Of a stretch of 50,714 nucleotides of DNA, positions 9,224-19,242 are shown one piece after another. The position numbers and the translations under genes are program-made. Positions within the stretch are counted from its first letter, which is position 1. Each line of letters begins with the position of its first letter. A model generated the notes under the pieces. It searched no databases. It saw only the letters and a program-made list of their open reading frames with translations, and was not told the DNA's origin. The DNA lies in NCBI GenBank assembly GCA_011042225.1, contig DQXT01000033.1, positions 1-50,714 of the forward strand, written 5' to 3'. The DNA is from Deltaproteobacteria bacterium. Its GTDB lineage: Bacteria; Desulfobacterota; Dissulfuribacteria; Dissulfuribacterales; UBA3076.

Positions 9224-10021
9224 ATGCTTGAGGGCCTTATTCAATACATACCTATAATCCGCTGGCTGGATGTAGTTGACATCCTGGTGGTCTCCTACAT
9301 CATATACCGTGTCATCCTTCTTATCAGGGGAACCCGTGCTGTACAGATGGCAGCGGGGCTGGCTTTAATTATATTAATCTATTTCGCAGCTGGTGAGCTG
9401 AAACTCTTCACTCTTCACTGGCTCTTGGAAATTATCCTTAGCTCTTTATTTCTGCTCATCATAATAGTATTTCAAGATGATATACGCAGGGCGCTGGCCC
9501 AGATGGGTCAGACCCCTTTCCCCAAACTTCGAGTAAAGACCTTCCAGGTCTTGGAGGAAATTGCAAAGGCGGCCACCAGTTTAATAGAAAGCCAAACAGG
9601 TGCATTGATAGTACTTGAAAGGGATGTAGGTTTAAAGGATTACCTTGAGTCAGGAGTAACCATTGACGGGCGAGTAAGTCGTGCCTTGCTCTGTACGATA
9701 TTTGACAAGAGAACTCCATTACATGACGGTGCGGTAATTATTCAAAAGGGTAGACTTTCAGTAGCGGGATGTATGCTGCCTTTGAGCACAAATCCAAATA
9801 TCAGTAGACGTCTTGGTACCAGACATCGGGCAGCTATAGGTATAACAGAGCAGACCGATGCTGTAGTAGTGGTGGTTTCAGAGGAAACCGGCAGTCTTTC
9901 CGTAGCTATTGCAGGAAAAATCACCAGAGACATAGATCTGGGCACGCTTAGGCGTATCCTGCACAATGCCTTTACAAGTGAAAAGACTGAAAAACCATGG
10001 TGGCGAAGGAGGATAATTTAG
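9224..10021 (+). CDS. cdaA: diadenylate cyclase CdaA/DacA
   Basis: Three N-terminal TM helices, DAC motifs PLHDGAVII and GTRHRAA, and VVSEETG. Confidence 0.95.
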   Translation: MLEGLIQYIPIIRWLDVVDILVVSYIIYRVILLIRGTRAVQMAAGLALIILIYFAAGELKLFTLHWLLEIILSSLFLLIIIVFQDDIRRALAQMGQTPFPKLRVKTFQVLEEIAKAATSLIESQTGALIVLERDVGLKDYLESGVTIDGRVSRALLCTIFDKRTPLHDGAVIIQKGRLSVAGCMLPLSTNPNISRRLGTRHRAAIGITEQTDAVVVVVSEETGSLSVAIAGKITRDIDLGTLRRILHNAFTSEKTEKPWWRRRII

Positions 10022-10024
10022 CCT

Positions 10025-10975
10025 GTGCGCCAGCAAGTTTTTTTGCGAAAAAACTGGTTTCTCAAGTTGCTCTCATTGGGATTTGCCTTACTACTTTGGT
10101 TCTTTGTAGTTGGAGAACAAAAAGCCGAGATCAGCATTTCTGTACCCCTTGAAATAATTAATATACCCACTGATCTTGTGATATCCAACGATGTCCCTTC
10201 TAATATTGATGTTACAGTCTATGGACCCCGCAGCATGATTCGCGCCATGACTACAAAGGGCATTTTGAAAGTAATTGATCTCAAAGACGCTGAAATAGGC
10301 AAAACTACTGTTCACATATCACCTGATAGCCTTTCTCTACCCGGGGCAGTTCGAGCACTTAGAATACAGCCCAGCAATATTGAAATTGTGCTGGAGCCTC
10401 TCGTATTAAGCGACTTTCCGGTAAGGCCTGTCCTAAAAGGCACGGTTGCTAAATATCACAAGGTTTTAGATACGGACGTAGATCCTCCCAGAGTGGTTGT
10501 CTCAGGGCCGGAAAGTGTAATAAAGGCTATGAAGGAAATAAAGACATTCCCCATAGACCTTGATGGGGCTTCGGATGATTTTACCAAAGAGGTGGGTTTG
10601 GATATTCAGGGTATACATGTATCACTTGAAGAAAAGAAAAAATATATAGTCACTGTACATATAGTGCCTGTCCAGGGCACAAGGCGCATCACGCATATAC
10701 CCGTACAGATTGAAACCAACCAGTCCGATGTTTTGTGGTGGCCCAAAGTAGTAAGTGTGACTTTACGAGGGCCTATGCTGGATATCAGAGAGATCAAGCC
10801 TACTGATATATATGTTGGGATTTCTGTAATAGGGCTTGAACCTGGAACTCATTCCTTAGAGCCCGAGTGCATTGTCCCTGAAGAATTTATATTAATGGAG
10901 ATAATACCTAAAAATATCAAAGTGAATATTCCTGAAAAAAAGATTAAGGAACTGAAAGAATCCGGAGATCATTAA
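10025..10975 (+). CDS. cdaR: CdaR/YbbR-family regulator of diadenylate cyclase
   Basis: NWFLKLLSLGFALLLWFFV anchor followed by YbbR-like repeats (VTVYGP, VVVSGPES, VTLRGP). Located between cdaA and glmM. Confidence 0.9.
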   Translation: MRQQVFLRKNWFLKLLSLGFALLLWFFVVGEQKAEISISVPLEIINIPTDLVISNDVPSNIDVTVYGPRSMIRAMTTKGILKVIDLKDAEIGKTTVHISPDSLSLPGAVRALRIQPSNIEIVLEPLVLSDFPVRPVLKGTVAKYHKVLDTDVDPPRVVVSGPESVIKAMKEIKTFPIDLDGASDDFTKEVGLDIQGIHVSLEEKKKYIVTVHIVPVQGTRRITHIPVQIETNQSDVLWWPKVVSVTLRGPMLDIREIKPTDIYVGISVIGLEPGTHSLEPECIVPEEFILMEIIPKNIKVNIPEKKIKELKESGDH

Positions 10976-12331
10976 ATGCGCAAGTTGTTTGGTACAGACG
11001 GCATTCGCGGAACAGCCAACATCCATCCTATTACTACTGATATTGCCATGAAAATCGGGCGTGCCGTGGCATATATGTTTAAAAATCGCCGCGGGAGTCA
11101 TCCCAGGATACTCATAGGAAAGGATACTCGATTGTCCTGCTATATGCTGGAAAATGCGCTTGCAGGCGGGATATGTTCAATGGGAGTGGACGTTTTACTG
11201 CTGGGCCCCATGCCTACCCCTGCCATTGCCTTTCTTACCACCAACATGAGAGCGGATGCCGGAGTAGTTATATCTGCATCCCACAATCTCTTTCAGGATA
11301 ATGGAATAAAACTCTTTTCAGGGGATGGATTTAAATTGCCCGACGAGTTGGAAAAACAAATAGAGGAATTGATGGATTCGCAAATATTAACAGAATCCCA
11401 ACCAACCGGGCAAGATGTAGGCAAGGCGGTCCGCATCGAGGATGCCCCCGGCAGGTACATAGTATTTGTAAAAAACACGTTTCCCAAGGATCTTGCGCTG
11501 GATGGCCTCAGGATTGTCCTGGACTGTGCGAATGGGGCTACCTATAAAGTGGCTCCGGCTGTTTTTGAAGAGCTCGGGGCAAAGGTAACCAAATTGGGAG
11601 TAAGTCCAAACGGTACCAATATCAACTACAGGTGCGGAGCGGTTTATCCCGAACTCATGCAGAAGGCTGTAGTCGAGCACAAGGCTGATATTGGAATCGC
11701 ATTTGATGGGGACGGCGACCGTTTAATAGTAGTTGATGAAAAGGGTTCAGTAGTTGATGGCGATCATATTATGACAATATGTGCCTATGATATGATTGAC
11801 AAGGGAAGGCTTAACTTTAATACCGTAGTAGCAACGGTTATGAGCAACATGGGGCTAGAGATTGCTCTGGAGAACAAGGGGGGGAAACTGGTCCGAACTC
11901 AGGTTGGTGACCGCTACGTAGTGGAGGCCATGAGGCAGGCAGGTTACAACTTCGGCGGAGAACAATCGGGGCACCTGGTGTTTCTGGATCATATAACTAC
12001 GGGTGATGGTATTTTGGCTTCTCTACAGCTTTTGGCTATCATGCAAAAAAAGGAAAGGGCCCTTTCAGAACTTGCCGGAACGATGGATTCCTTTCCTCAG
12101 GTACTTCATAATGTCCGCTTGCGGGAGAAAAAGGCTTTAGATGAAATTGCCGGCCTCAGGGAACTCCAAGACCAGTTAGAAAAAGATCTTAAGCACAGGG
12201 GCAGGATACTCGTCAGACCATCAGGTACTGAACCGGTTATACGCATAATGGTTGAAGGCGAAAACGAGGAACAGATACAGGCCATGGCTATGACAATGGG
12301 TAATCATGTTGAGTCGGTCTGTGGAATTTAG
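10976..12331 (+). CDS. glmM: phosphoglucosamine mutase
   Basis: [29 protein letters not shown] and RPSGTEP. Confidence 0.97.
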   Translation: MRKLFGTDGIRGTANIHPITTDIAMKIGRAVAYMFKNRRGSHPRILIGKDTRLSCYMLENALAGGICSMGVDVLLLGPMPTPAIAFLTTNMRADAGVVISASHNLFQDNGIKLFSGDGFKLPDELEKQIEELMDSQILTESQPTGQDVGKAVRIEDAPGRYIVFVKNTFPKDLALDGLRIVLDCANGATYKVAPAVFEELGAKVTKLGVSPNGTNINYRCGAVYPELMQKAVVEHKADIGIAFDGDGDRLIVVDEKGSVVDGDHIMTICAYDMIDKGRLNFNTVVATVMSNMGLEIALENKGGKLVRTQVGDRYVVEAMRQAGYNFGGEQSGHLVFLDHITTGDGILASLQLLAIMQKKERALSELAGTMDSFPQVLHNVRLREKKALDEIAGLRELQDQLEKDLKHRGRILVRPSGTEPVIRIMVEGENEEQIQAMAMTMGNHVESVCGI

Positions 12332-13518
12332 TCCGCCTTTCTTCTCATAAAGGCGGGGATACTATCCAATTCATCGGTGTTTAGTTTATCAAGGCCGTCA
12401 AAGTCTAATACTGGTTTCTTCGAATTTTTTATGTGGTCGGTTATCCTAATAGGGTCCTTTTTGATACAGATTGACGGATCATGATCCGGTTTCATAGCCT
12501 TACTATTTTTCTTAATAGATTCTATTGGGGTAACAATATGCTTTCCAAAGGAAAGGGCGTCAGATCCTATACCGGTGGCTATTACCGTTACCCTTATCTC
12601 TTCATCTATATTGTCATCAAACACAGTTCCTAAAATTATATTAGCGTCTTCATGCGCCTCGTCGTAAATCAAAGAGGATGCCTGTTCTACCTCCTCCATG
12701 CTCAGAGTAGAACTGCTGGCAGTAATATTCAGCAGGATGCCCTTGGCACCGTTTATGGATATGTCTTCCAGCAAGGGATTGGATATGGCCATCTGTATTG
12801 CCTCCAAGGCCCTGCGTGATCCTTTGGCAACACCCGTACCCATAAGGGCCATCCCCATTTCAGCCGTGACTGTGCGAACATCGGCAAAATCCACATTTAT
12901 ATAACCCCTAAGGACTATGAGATCCGAAATGCCTCTTACTGCATAGTAAAGGACCTCATCTGCCTTTCGGAACATCTCTAGTATGGGAGTATTGGGTTGA
13001 GCCAGATTTCTGAGTCGGTCGTTTGGAATTGTTATTATGGTATCTACTACATCTTTCAATTCCTCTATCCCCTCTTCAGCCACACGCATTCTGCGTTTTC
13101 CTTCAAAGGAAAAAGGTTTTGTCACTACCGCCACTGTAAGGGCACCCAATTCTTTACTTATTTCAGCAATTACAGGGGCACCCCCGGTGCCGGTACCTCC
13201 ACCCATGCCGGCTGTGATAAAGACCATATCACTTCCTTCCAGCATAGTCCGGATATCATCTATGCTCTCTTCCGCGGATTCCCTGCCGATTTCAGGTTTT
13301 GCTCCTGCTCCGAGTCCCTTGGTAAGCCCTTTACCAAGCTGAATCTTTGCGCCGGCTTTGGATATTTCAAGGGCCTGAGAATCAGTGTTTGCAGCTATAA
13401 ACTCGACACCCTTGAGCTCAGAGGAAATCATGCTGTTAATAGCGTTTCCACCTCCGCCACCGACTCCTATTGCCTTTATCCTTGCAGTAAGTTTCGGTTC
13501 TATAAACTCAAAAGACAT
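12328..13518 (-). CDS. ftsZ: cell division GTPase FtsZ
   Basis: [24 protein letters not shown] and C-terminal peptide IPAFMRR. Confidence 0.99.
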   Translation of the reverse strand: MSFEFIEPKLTARIKAIGVGGGGGNAINSMISSELKGVEFIAANTDSQALEISKAGAKIQLGKGLTKGLGAGAKPEIGRESAEESIDDIRTMLEGSDMVFITAGMGGGTGTGGAPVIAEISKELGALTVAVVTKPFSFEGKRRMRVAEEGIEELKDVVDTIITIPNDRLRNLAQPNTPILEMFRKADEVLYYAVRGISDLIVLRGYINVDFADVRTVTAEMGMALMGTGVAKGSRRALEAIQMAISNPLLEDISINGAKGILLNITASSSTLSMEEVEQASSLIYDEAHEDANIILGTVFDDNIDEEIRVTVIATGIGSDALSFGKHIVTPIESIKKNSKAMKPDHDPSICIKKDPIRITDHIKNSKKPVLDFDGLDKLNTDELDSIPAFMRRKAD

Positions 13519-13557
13519 ATGCTTGGCCCTCCATCCAACTCGAACAGATTAAATTCT

Positions 13558-14781
13558 CTAAATCTTAAACCATGACTTCATACGAAGGGTTACCTTGTTG
13601 AATATATTACCATCCCTTATTCGGAATTTTTTCTGGGAATGATGTTCCATGCCATAAAGCACAAGACCTACAGCAGTAGCAAACATGGGTCCGTTGACCA
13701 CATCCACCAAACCTGAAATCCTCTGTGGGAAGCCGATTCTTGTCGGCAACTGGAATACCTGATCCGCAATCTCAGCGGTTCCCGGCAGTAGGGCAGAGCC
13801 CCCGGTTATAACTATCCCCGAAGCCAATAGTTCCTTAAGTTCTGTCCGTTCTATTTCCTGGTCAATCAAGGTAAAAATCTCCTCTACCCTGGGCTCAAGT
13901 ATTTCAGACAGAATTTGCCTGGACAGAAGCCTGGGTTTACGTCCTCCCACACCGGGAACTTCTATCATCTGACCTCTGTCTGCCAGAGAATTGATACAGC
14001 TGCCGTCGCTTATCTTGATCTGTTCTGCCTCTTTACTGGGTGTCCTTAACCCGACTGCTATATCATTAGTGAGGTTGTTACCGCCAAGTCCCAGTACAGC
14101 TGTGTGTTTTATTGCACTTTCAGTAAATAGAGCAAGATCAGTGGTGCCACCACCAAAGTCCACAAGTGCAACACCCAGATCCTTTTCTTCCTGATTTAAG
14201 ACTGCTTCGGCCGAGGCAATGGGCTGAAAAACTATATCAACCACATCGAGCCCGGCCCTGTTTGCACACTTGATGAGGTTCTGGGCAGCCGTAACTGCTC
14301 CTGTCACGATATGTACCTTGGATTCCAGCCTTACACCGGTTATCCCTATAGGATCCAATATACCGCCCTGTTCATCTACGATATACTCCTGTGGCAGGAT
14401 ATGTATGACCTCTCTATCAAGGGGTATGGCTACCGCCCTTGCCGCATCTATAACTCTGTCAACGTCTTCCTGGGAGACCTCCTGGCCCTGTATGGCTATC
14501 ACCCCGTGACTGTTAAAACCCTTTATATGACTACCGGCGATGCCGATGAACACTGAGCTTATTTCACATCCGGCCATAAGTTCGGCCTCTTCAATAGCCC
14601 TTTTTATGGAATCGACCGTATTATCTATATTGACGACTACTCCCTTTCGCAGACCTACAGAAGGATAAGTCCCTACACCTATAATCTCGGCACTATTCTC
14701 ATTAAACTCGCCCACTACCGCACATATTTTAGTAGTGCCGATATCGAGCCCGACAATCATGTTACCGGGTTTTTCGACCAT
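13558..14781 (-). CDS. ftsA: cell division protein FtsA
   Basis: GLDIGTTKI, VDFGGGTTD, ITGGSA and FATAVGL. Confidence 0.98.
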   Translation of the reverse strand: MVEKPGNMIVGLDIGTTKICAVVGEFNENSAEIIGVGTYPSVGLRKGVVVNIDNTVDSIKRAIEEAELMAGCEISSVFIGIAGSHIKGFNSHGVIAIQGQEVSQEDVDRVIDAARAVAIPLDREVIHILPQEYIVDEQGGILDPIGITGVRLESKVHIVTGAVTAAQNLIKCANRAGLDVVDIVFQPIASAEAVLNQEEKDLGVALVDFGGGTTDLALFTESAIKHTAVLGLGGNNLTNDIAVGLRTPSKEAEQIKISDGSCINSLADRGQMIEVPGVGGRKPRLLSRQILSEILEPRVEEIFTLIDQEIERTELKELLASGIVITGGSALLPGTAEIADQVFQLPTRIGFPQRISGLVDVVNGPMFATAVGLVLYGMEHHSQKKFRIRDGNIFNKVTLRMKSWFKI

Positions 14782-14789
14782 TTCCTCTC

Positions 14790-15650
14790 CTAATGTTTCA
14801 AACTGACCAGGGCTTTGCCGGGACCATAATCGAGTTCCACCTTAACTGCTTTTTTATATGTCCCTGAGCGATAGAGTTGATAAAGGACTTTTTCCGCTCT
14901 ACTAAATTGGACGCCGAGATTTTCATAGTCAAAGTAAAAAGGAATACTGCCATAAGATGTAACCAGTATTAAGGTGTCTTTTTCAGCTATGTCTATTTGG
15001 CTGATATTGTTAACACCCAGAGTTCTTGTGCCCTTACTAGCCATGGATATCAACTCCAGGGCCTTTTGGATTCGGTTATTGTGCGATCTTGTTAAATTGT
15101 TATCTATAATGTTTTTAGGATCAATTCCTGTAATGATTGGAAGAGAGACGGATTCTTCTATTGAAAGTCTATCAATAATTTCGCCTTGTTCATCAATCAG
15201 GTACATTTTGTCGGAGTTCAAAATGGCTACCGGAGTGTGCTCTTTGAGCGTAATCATTAGGTGATCCGGCAATTTTTTTTTAACTTCAACACTATGGACC
15301 CAGGGATGCCCTTCTATGGACTTTGCAATCGATTCCAAGTCGAGAGACAGCAGATTGTCTTGGGCGGTCACATTACTCAATTGCAAAATCTCCTCTTCCG
15401 TGACACGGTCATTGCCTGTAATCAAAACCTGACAGACCCTAAAAAGCTCGGTTTGGTAAGCCCAATGTCGACACAAAAAAAAAGCGACAAAGCCAATGGA
15501 CATTACAGCTATAGCAACCAGTAATTTAGGATATATAGACCACAACACGGAAAACACCGGTTTTGTAGATTTGTCCCGCGAGATGAAGCTACATACTGAA
15601 GACCTGGATTCTAAAGACGGTCTTCTAATTTTCATGTTTCCATACCCCAA
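14790..15650 (-). CDS. ftsQ: cell division protein FtsQ
   Basis: Single TM segment, POTRA domain (ITGNDRV...HPWVHSVEVKKKLPD), E..PVA and YLIDEQG. dcw position. Confidence 0.9.
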   Translation of the reverse strand: MGYGNMKIRRPSLESRSSVCSFISRDKSTKPVFSVLWSIYPKLLVAIAVMSIGFVAFFLCRHWAYQTELFRVCQVLITGNDRVTEEEILQLSNVTAQDNLLSLDLESIAKSIEGHPWVHSVEVKKKLPDHLMITLKEHTPVAILNSDKMYLIDEQGEIIDRLSIEESVSLPIITGIDPKNIIDNNLTRSHNNRIQKALELISMASKGTRTLGVNNISQIDIAEKDTLILVTSYGSIPFYFDYENLGVQFSRAEKVLYQLYRSGTYKKAVKVELDYGPGKALVSLKH

Positions 15651-16609
15651 AAAGATACCTCCGGAACAAGTTCTACATCAGTCTCTTTTTTTACACGTTC
15701 TTTAATAATTTCCAATAAGTCCATTACCTCTACGGCGCTGGCTTTTCCACGGTTTATAATAAAATTTGCATGCCTTTTGGACACTTCAGCATCCCCAACT
15801 CTAAAACCTTTGAGTCCACATTGGTCTATGAGCTTTCCAGCTGAAACACCGGGGGGATTTTTGAAAATGCATCCCGCGCTTGGTTTTCCTAAAGGCTGGG
15901 TGGCTTTCCGCTGGCACATAGCGCTTCTCAAATGCTGCCTGATCTGATCGGCATTGCTTTTGCCGAATTTAATTCTTGCAGCCGAGATAATAGCATTGTC
16001 TTGCAGTCTGAAGGCCCTGTAATCAAAATACAATTGATCTCTATGAGACCAGCAACTACCATCAGGGCCTGTAAACTGAACAGCGTCTATCACTTCTGCC
16101 ATAAAGCACTTGTTAGTGCCGGCATTCATGAAGATGGCCCCGCCCACACTGGCCGGAATGCCGGAAAGATTTTCAAGACCGCCCAGGCTATTACGCACGG
16201 ACCAGGAAATAAGAGACCTCAGCCTGCAACCTGCCTCTACGTCTACCATTTTAAAGCGATGGCCATTAGCTGATCTCTCTTCCTGTAAAAAGGAACTAGA
16301 AGAAATTTGCCGGTGGTCCTCAGATTCAAATCTGCTTTCCACAGAGCATTGAATACGCTTCAGGGCCGCCAGAGACATAACCAGCTTCACGCCTTTGTCG
16401 CTGATCAAGAGATTGCTTCCTTGACCAATCACCTTATAAGATATGGAACGGTTACTGAGATAAAAAATGGTCTTTTCAAGGGCCTTCAATGTCTTCGGAG
16501 CCAGAAACAGATGTGCAGGCCCACCTATACGAAAACTCGTCAGCGGTAAAAGCGGTACACCTTCAAAGACTTGGAGATCTTCTATCTTTCTTAGATCCTT
16601 AGAGAGCAA
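15632..16609 (-). CDS. murB: UDP-N-acetylenolpyruvoylglucosamine reductase
   Basis: TSFRIGGPA, GQGSNLL, GIPASVGGAIFMNAG, SAGCIFKNP and HANFIIN. There is an ~25-aa insertion after the FAD loop. Confidence 0.96.
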   Translation of the reverse strand: MLSKDLRKIEDLQVFEGVPLLPLTSFRIGGPAHLFLAPKTLKALEKTIFYLSNRSISYKVIGQGSNLLISDKGVKLVMSLAALKRIQCSVESRFESEDHRQISSSSFLQEERSANGHRFKMVDVEAGCRLRSLISWSVRNSLGGLENLSGIPASVGGAIFMNAGTNKCFMAEVIDAVQFTGPDGSCWSHRDQLYFDYRAFRLQDNAIISAARIKFGKSNADQIRQHLRSAMCQRKATQPLGKPSAGCIFKNPPGVSAGKLIDQCGLKGFRVGDAEVSKRHANFIINRGKASAVEVMDLLEIIKERVKKETDVELVPEVSFWGMET

Positions 16610-17993
16610 TTGCTGACTCCTTTGTCTTAAGCATGCCCAAAATTCTCGGCCCCATATGCCCTATGGTACCAGCCCCAAGAGTCATGACCACGTCACCCTC
16701 CTGCAGGCTCGGCAAAATTGCCTGAGGAAGATCCCCGCATGACTCTATATAGTGTACTGTTCCACCACGTTGATTCATGATATTTCTTGCCAAACGTTTT
16801 CCGCTAACCCCTACTATGGGAGTCTCGCTCGCTGGATATATTTCCGTCAGCCACAGTTCATCAGCTTCTCCAAAGGCAGTGGTGAAATCGTCCATCAATG
16901 CCTGAGTTCTAGTATACCGATGGGGTTCGAAAAGAACCACGAGTCGGCGCTCAGGCCAACATGCCCTGGCGGCTTTGAGAGTGGCCACTATCTCAGTAGG
17001 GTGATGCGCATAGTCATCTACTACAATTATCCTTTCTGTTTCGCCCAATATCTCAAATCGCCTGCCTACACCTTCATATGACATAAGACCGGTCTGGATT
17101 TTGTGAAAGGGTATCTCAAGTTCAAGACCCAGGGCCATTGCGGCCAGAGAATTCCTTACATGGTGCAATCCAGGGACCTTGAGTTGTATCTCGCCAAGTT
17201 CGGAATTCTGCCACCAGGCATTGAAGGATACCCCCGGACCTTTGAAACTGATATCCCTGGCCTGTAGATCACATTCAGGTCCTGTACCATAAGTCATTGT
17301 TCGTTTTTTTACTACCGAGAGCATTTCTCTGAGGTGAGGGTTGTCTCCACAAAGTATGGCAAGACCATAGAAAGGTATTTTGTCTATGAAGTCCTGAAAA
17401 CAGCGTATTATTGCATCCAAATTGGAATAATAATCCAAGTGCTCCCTATCTATATTCGTTACCACGACTATGCTTGGTGTAAGGCGCAAAAAGCTGCCGT
17501 CACTTTCATCGGCTTCTGCTATAAGAAATTCGCCCTGTCCCCAATAGGCATTGCTCCCAATACCATTTACCTTCCCTCCTATGATAACCGTTGGATCAAG
17601 GCCACCGACACGAAGCACGGAAGAGATCATAGAGGTGGTGCTGGTCTTTCCATGTGCCCCGGCCACTGCTATGCCGAATTTTTTGAGCCGCATCAATTCT
17701 GCCACCATTTCAGCCCTTGGTATAACCGGAATTTGGGAAGAAAGTGCCCCCTGCACCTCAAGGTTATGTTCTCTGATGGCAGAGGAAATCACCACTACAT
17801 CGGCACCTTGAATATTTTCAGGGGCATGACCATTGTAAATTGTACCCCCCAATTTTCTTAGAGACCTGGTGATTTCAGTCTCACGCAAATCCGAACCCGT
17901 GACTTTATATCCCAGATTAAGAAGGATTTGTGCAAGGCCGCTCATGCCTATCCCGCCGATTCCTACAAAATGAATATGTTGTTTTTTATACAT
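16599..17993 (-). CDS. murC: UDP-N-acetylmuramate--L-alanine ligase
   Basis: HFVGIGGIGMSG, GAHGKTSTT, EADESD and DDYAHHPTE. Confidence 0.98.
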   Translation of the reverse strand: MYKKQHIHFVGIGGIGMSGLAQILLNLGYKVTGSDLRETEITRSLRKLGGTIYNGHAPENIQGADVVVISSAIREHNLEVQGALSSQIPVIPRAEMVAELMRLKKFGIAVAGAHGKTSTTSMISSVLRVGGLDPTVIIGGKVNGIGSNAYWGQGEFLIAEADESDGSFLRLTPSIVVVTNIDREHLDYYSNLDAIIRCFQDFIDKIPFYGLAILCGDNPHLREMLSVVKKRTMTYGTGPECDLQARDISFKGPGVSFNAWWQNSELGEIQLKVPGLHHVRNSLAAMALGLELEIPFHKIQTGLMSYEGVGRRFEILGETERIIVVDDYAHHPTEIVATLKAARACWPERRLVVLFEPHRYTRTQALMDDFTTAFGEADELWLTEIYPASETPIVGVSGKRLARNIMNQRGGTVHYIESCGDLPQAILPSLQEGDVVMTLGAGTIGHMGPRILGMLKTKESAIAL

Positions 17994-19188
17994 GGCTGCG
18001 TACTTTAGAACATTTCAATGAATTGGTTTCTTTTTGAGAACATGAAAATGTATGCCCGGCCATCTTCATCAGTGTAGAGGCCATATCTGCAGCCGCCTTG
18101 GGCCTTCCGAGTTTGCGCGCATTTTCTCCCATATTGTTGAGTTTTTGAGGATCCTCCAGTAAAGACTGTATCTCTCCTGCCAGTTTTATAGCTCCGACTT
18201 CTCCTTCCAGGAAATATTTGGAAGCCCCGGCTTCAGCCAGTTTTCTGGCGTTTGCATCCTGATGGCCGTCTGTTGCCCAAGGATAGGGAATAAGTATCGA
18301 AGGCTTTCCCGTAATCGCGAGTTCAGCCAAAGTACCCGCTCCTGCCCGGCAAATAACCAGATCTGCCCAGGAATAGGACTCACCAATGTCGGAAATAAAT
18401 TGGACCACTTTGGCCGGAATATTTGCATCTGCATAAAATTTCTCAACATAAGACATATCCAGCCTTCCTGTCTGGTGAATAATTCCCAAATGAAAACCAG
18501 ATTGCCACAGAACCTCTATGGCTGAACTGGCAAGCCGGTTCATGCATGTGGCACCCTGACTACCACCCAGGACCAAAATATTGTGTGATTGTGCGATCTT
18601 ATGATTTTGTGATTGGAATATGTCTTTCCGCACTGGATTTCCCGTAAAAATTACTCTGTTTCTTGGAAAATATTTGGTAGTCTCCTTAAAGCTCACAAAA
18701 ACTGTCTTTACAAATTTAGAGGCCAAACGATTTGTGAGGCCGGGTATAAGGTTCTGCTCATGAAGTGCTGCAGGTATCCGCAGTATCCGCGCTGCAAGAA
18801 GTGTGGGACCCGAGACATATCCGCCGACACCGAGCACCACATGAGGCCTGAATGATTTGAGCCACGAACAAGCCCTGATAGTGGAGAAAGGAAGTCCAGC
18901 CAGAGAACGTACAGTCCCTGAAATGCCTGAGCCCCTCAAAGGCCCCGTATTAAGGATTTTATAATCCCATTTATGTTCTAAAAGCGCATTTTTTTCCACC
19001 GGGCGGCCTGTACCTATCCACATAACATCTATAGGGCCGTATGATTCCATGGCCTCAACCACTGCCATTCCGGGAAATACATGCCCTCCCGTGCCGCCAC
19101 CAGCCACCACTAATTTGATGATTTGCCGGTTTGATGATTCGGTATTTGTTTTGTGCTTATATATTTCTCGACTCTTAGCCAAATTCAT
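17986..19188 (-). CDS. murG: undecaprenyldiphospho-muramoylpentapeptide beta-N-acetylglucosaminyltransferase
   Basis: AGGGTGGHVFP, GGYVS, HEQN, GNPVR, GGSQGA, RAGA and HQDANA. Confidence 0.97.
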   Translation of the reverse strand: MNLAKSREIYKHKTNTESSNRQIIKLVVAGGGTGGHVFPGMAVVEAMESYGPIDVMWIGTGRPVEKNALLEHKWDYKILNTGPLRGSGISGTVRSLAGLPFSTIRACSWLKSFRPHVVLGVGGYVSGPTLLAARILRIPAALHEQNLIPGLTNRLASKFVKTVFVSFKETTKYFPRNRVIFTGNPVRKDIFQSQNHKIAQSHNILVLGGSQGATCMNRLASSAIEVLWQSGFHLGIIHQTGRLDMSYVEKFYADANIPAKVVQFISDIGESYSWADLVICRAGAGTLAELAITGKPSILIPYPWATDGHQDANARKLAEAGASKYFLEGEVGAIKLAGEIQSLLEDPQKLNNMGENARKLGRPKAAADMASTLMKMAGHTFSCSQKETNSLKCSKVRSHV

Positions 19189-19242
19189 GACCTGCTCGCA
19201 GCTTTATTTTTAAATTAAAGTTCCTTTCCTGAAATAACCAAA

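Noticed and set aside
15600-15660. Absence of ddl between murB and ftsQ
   Set aside because: ddl is often located outside the dcw cluster in this group, so its absence is not informative alone.
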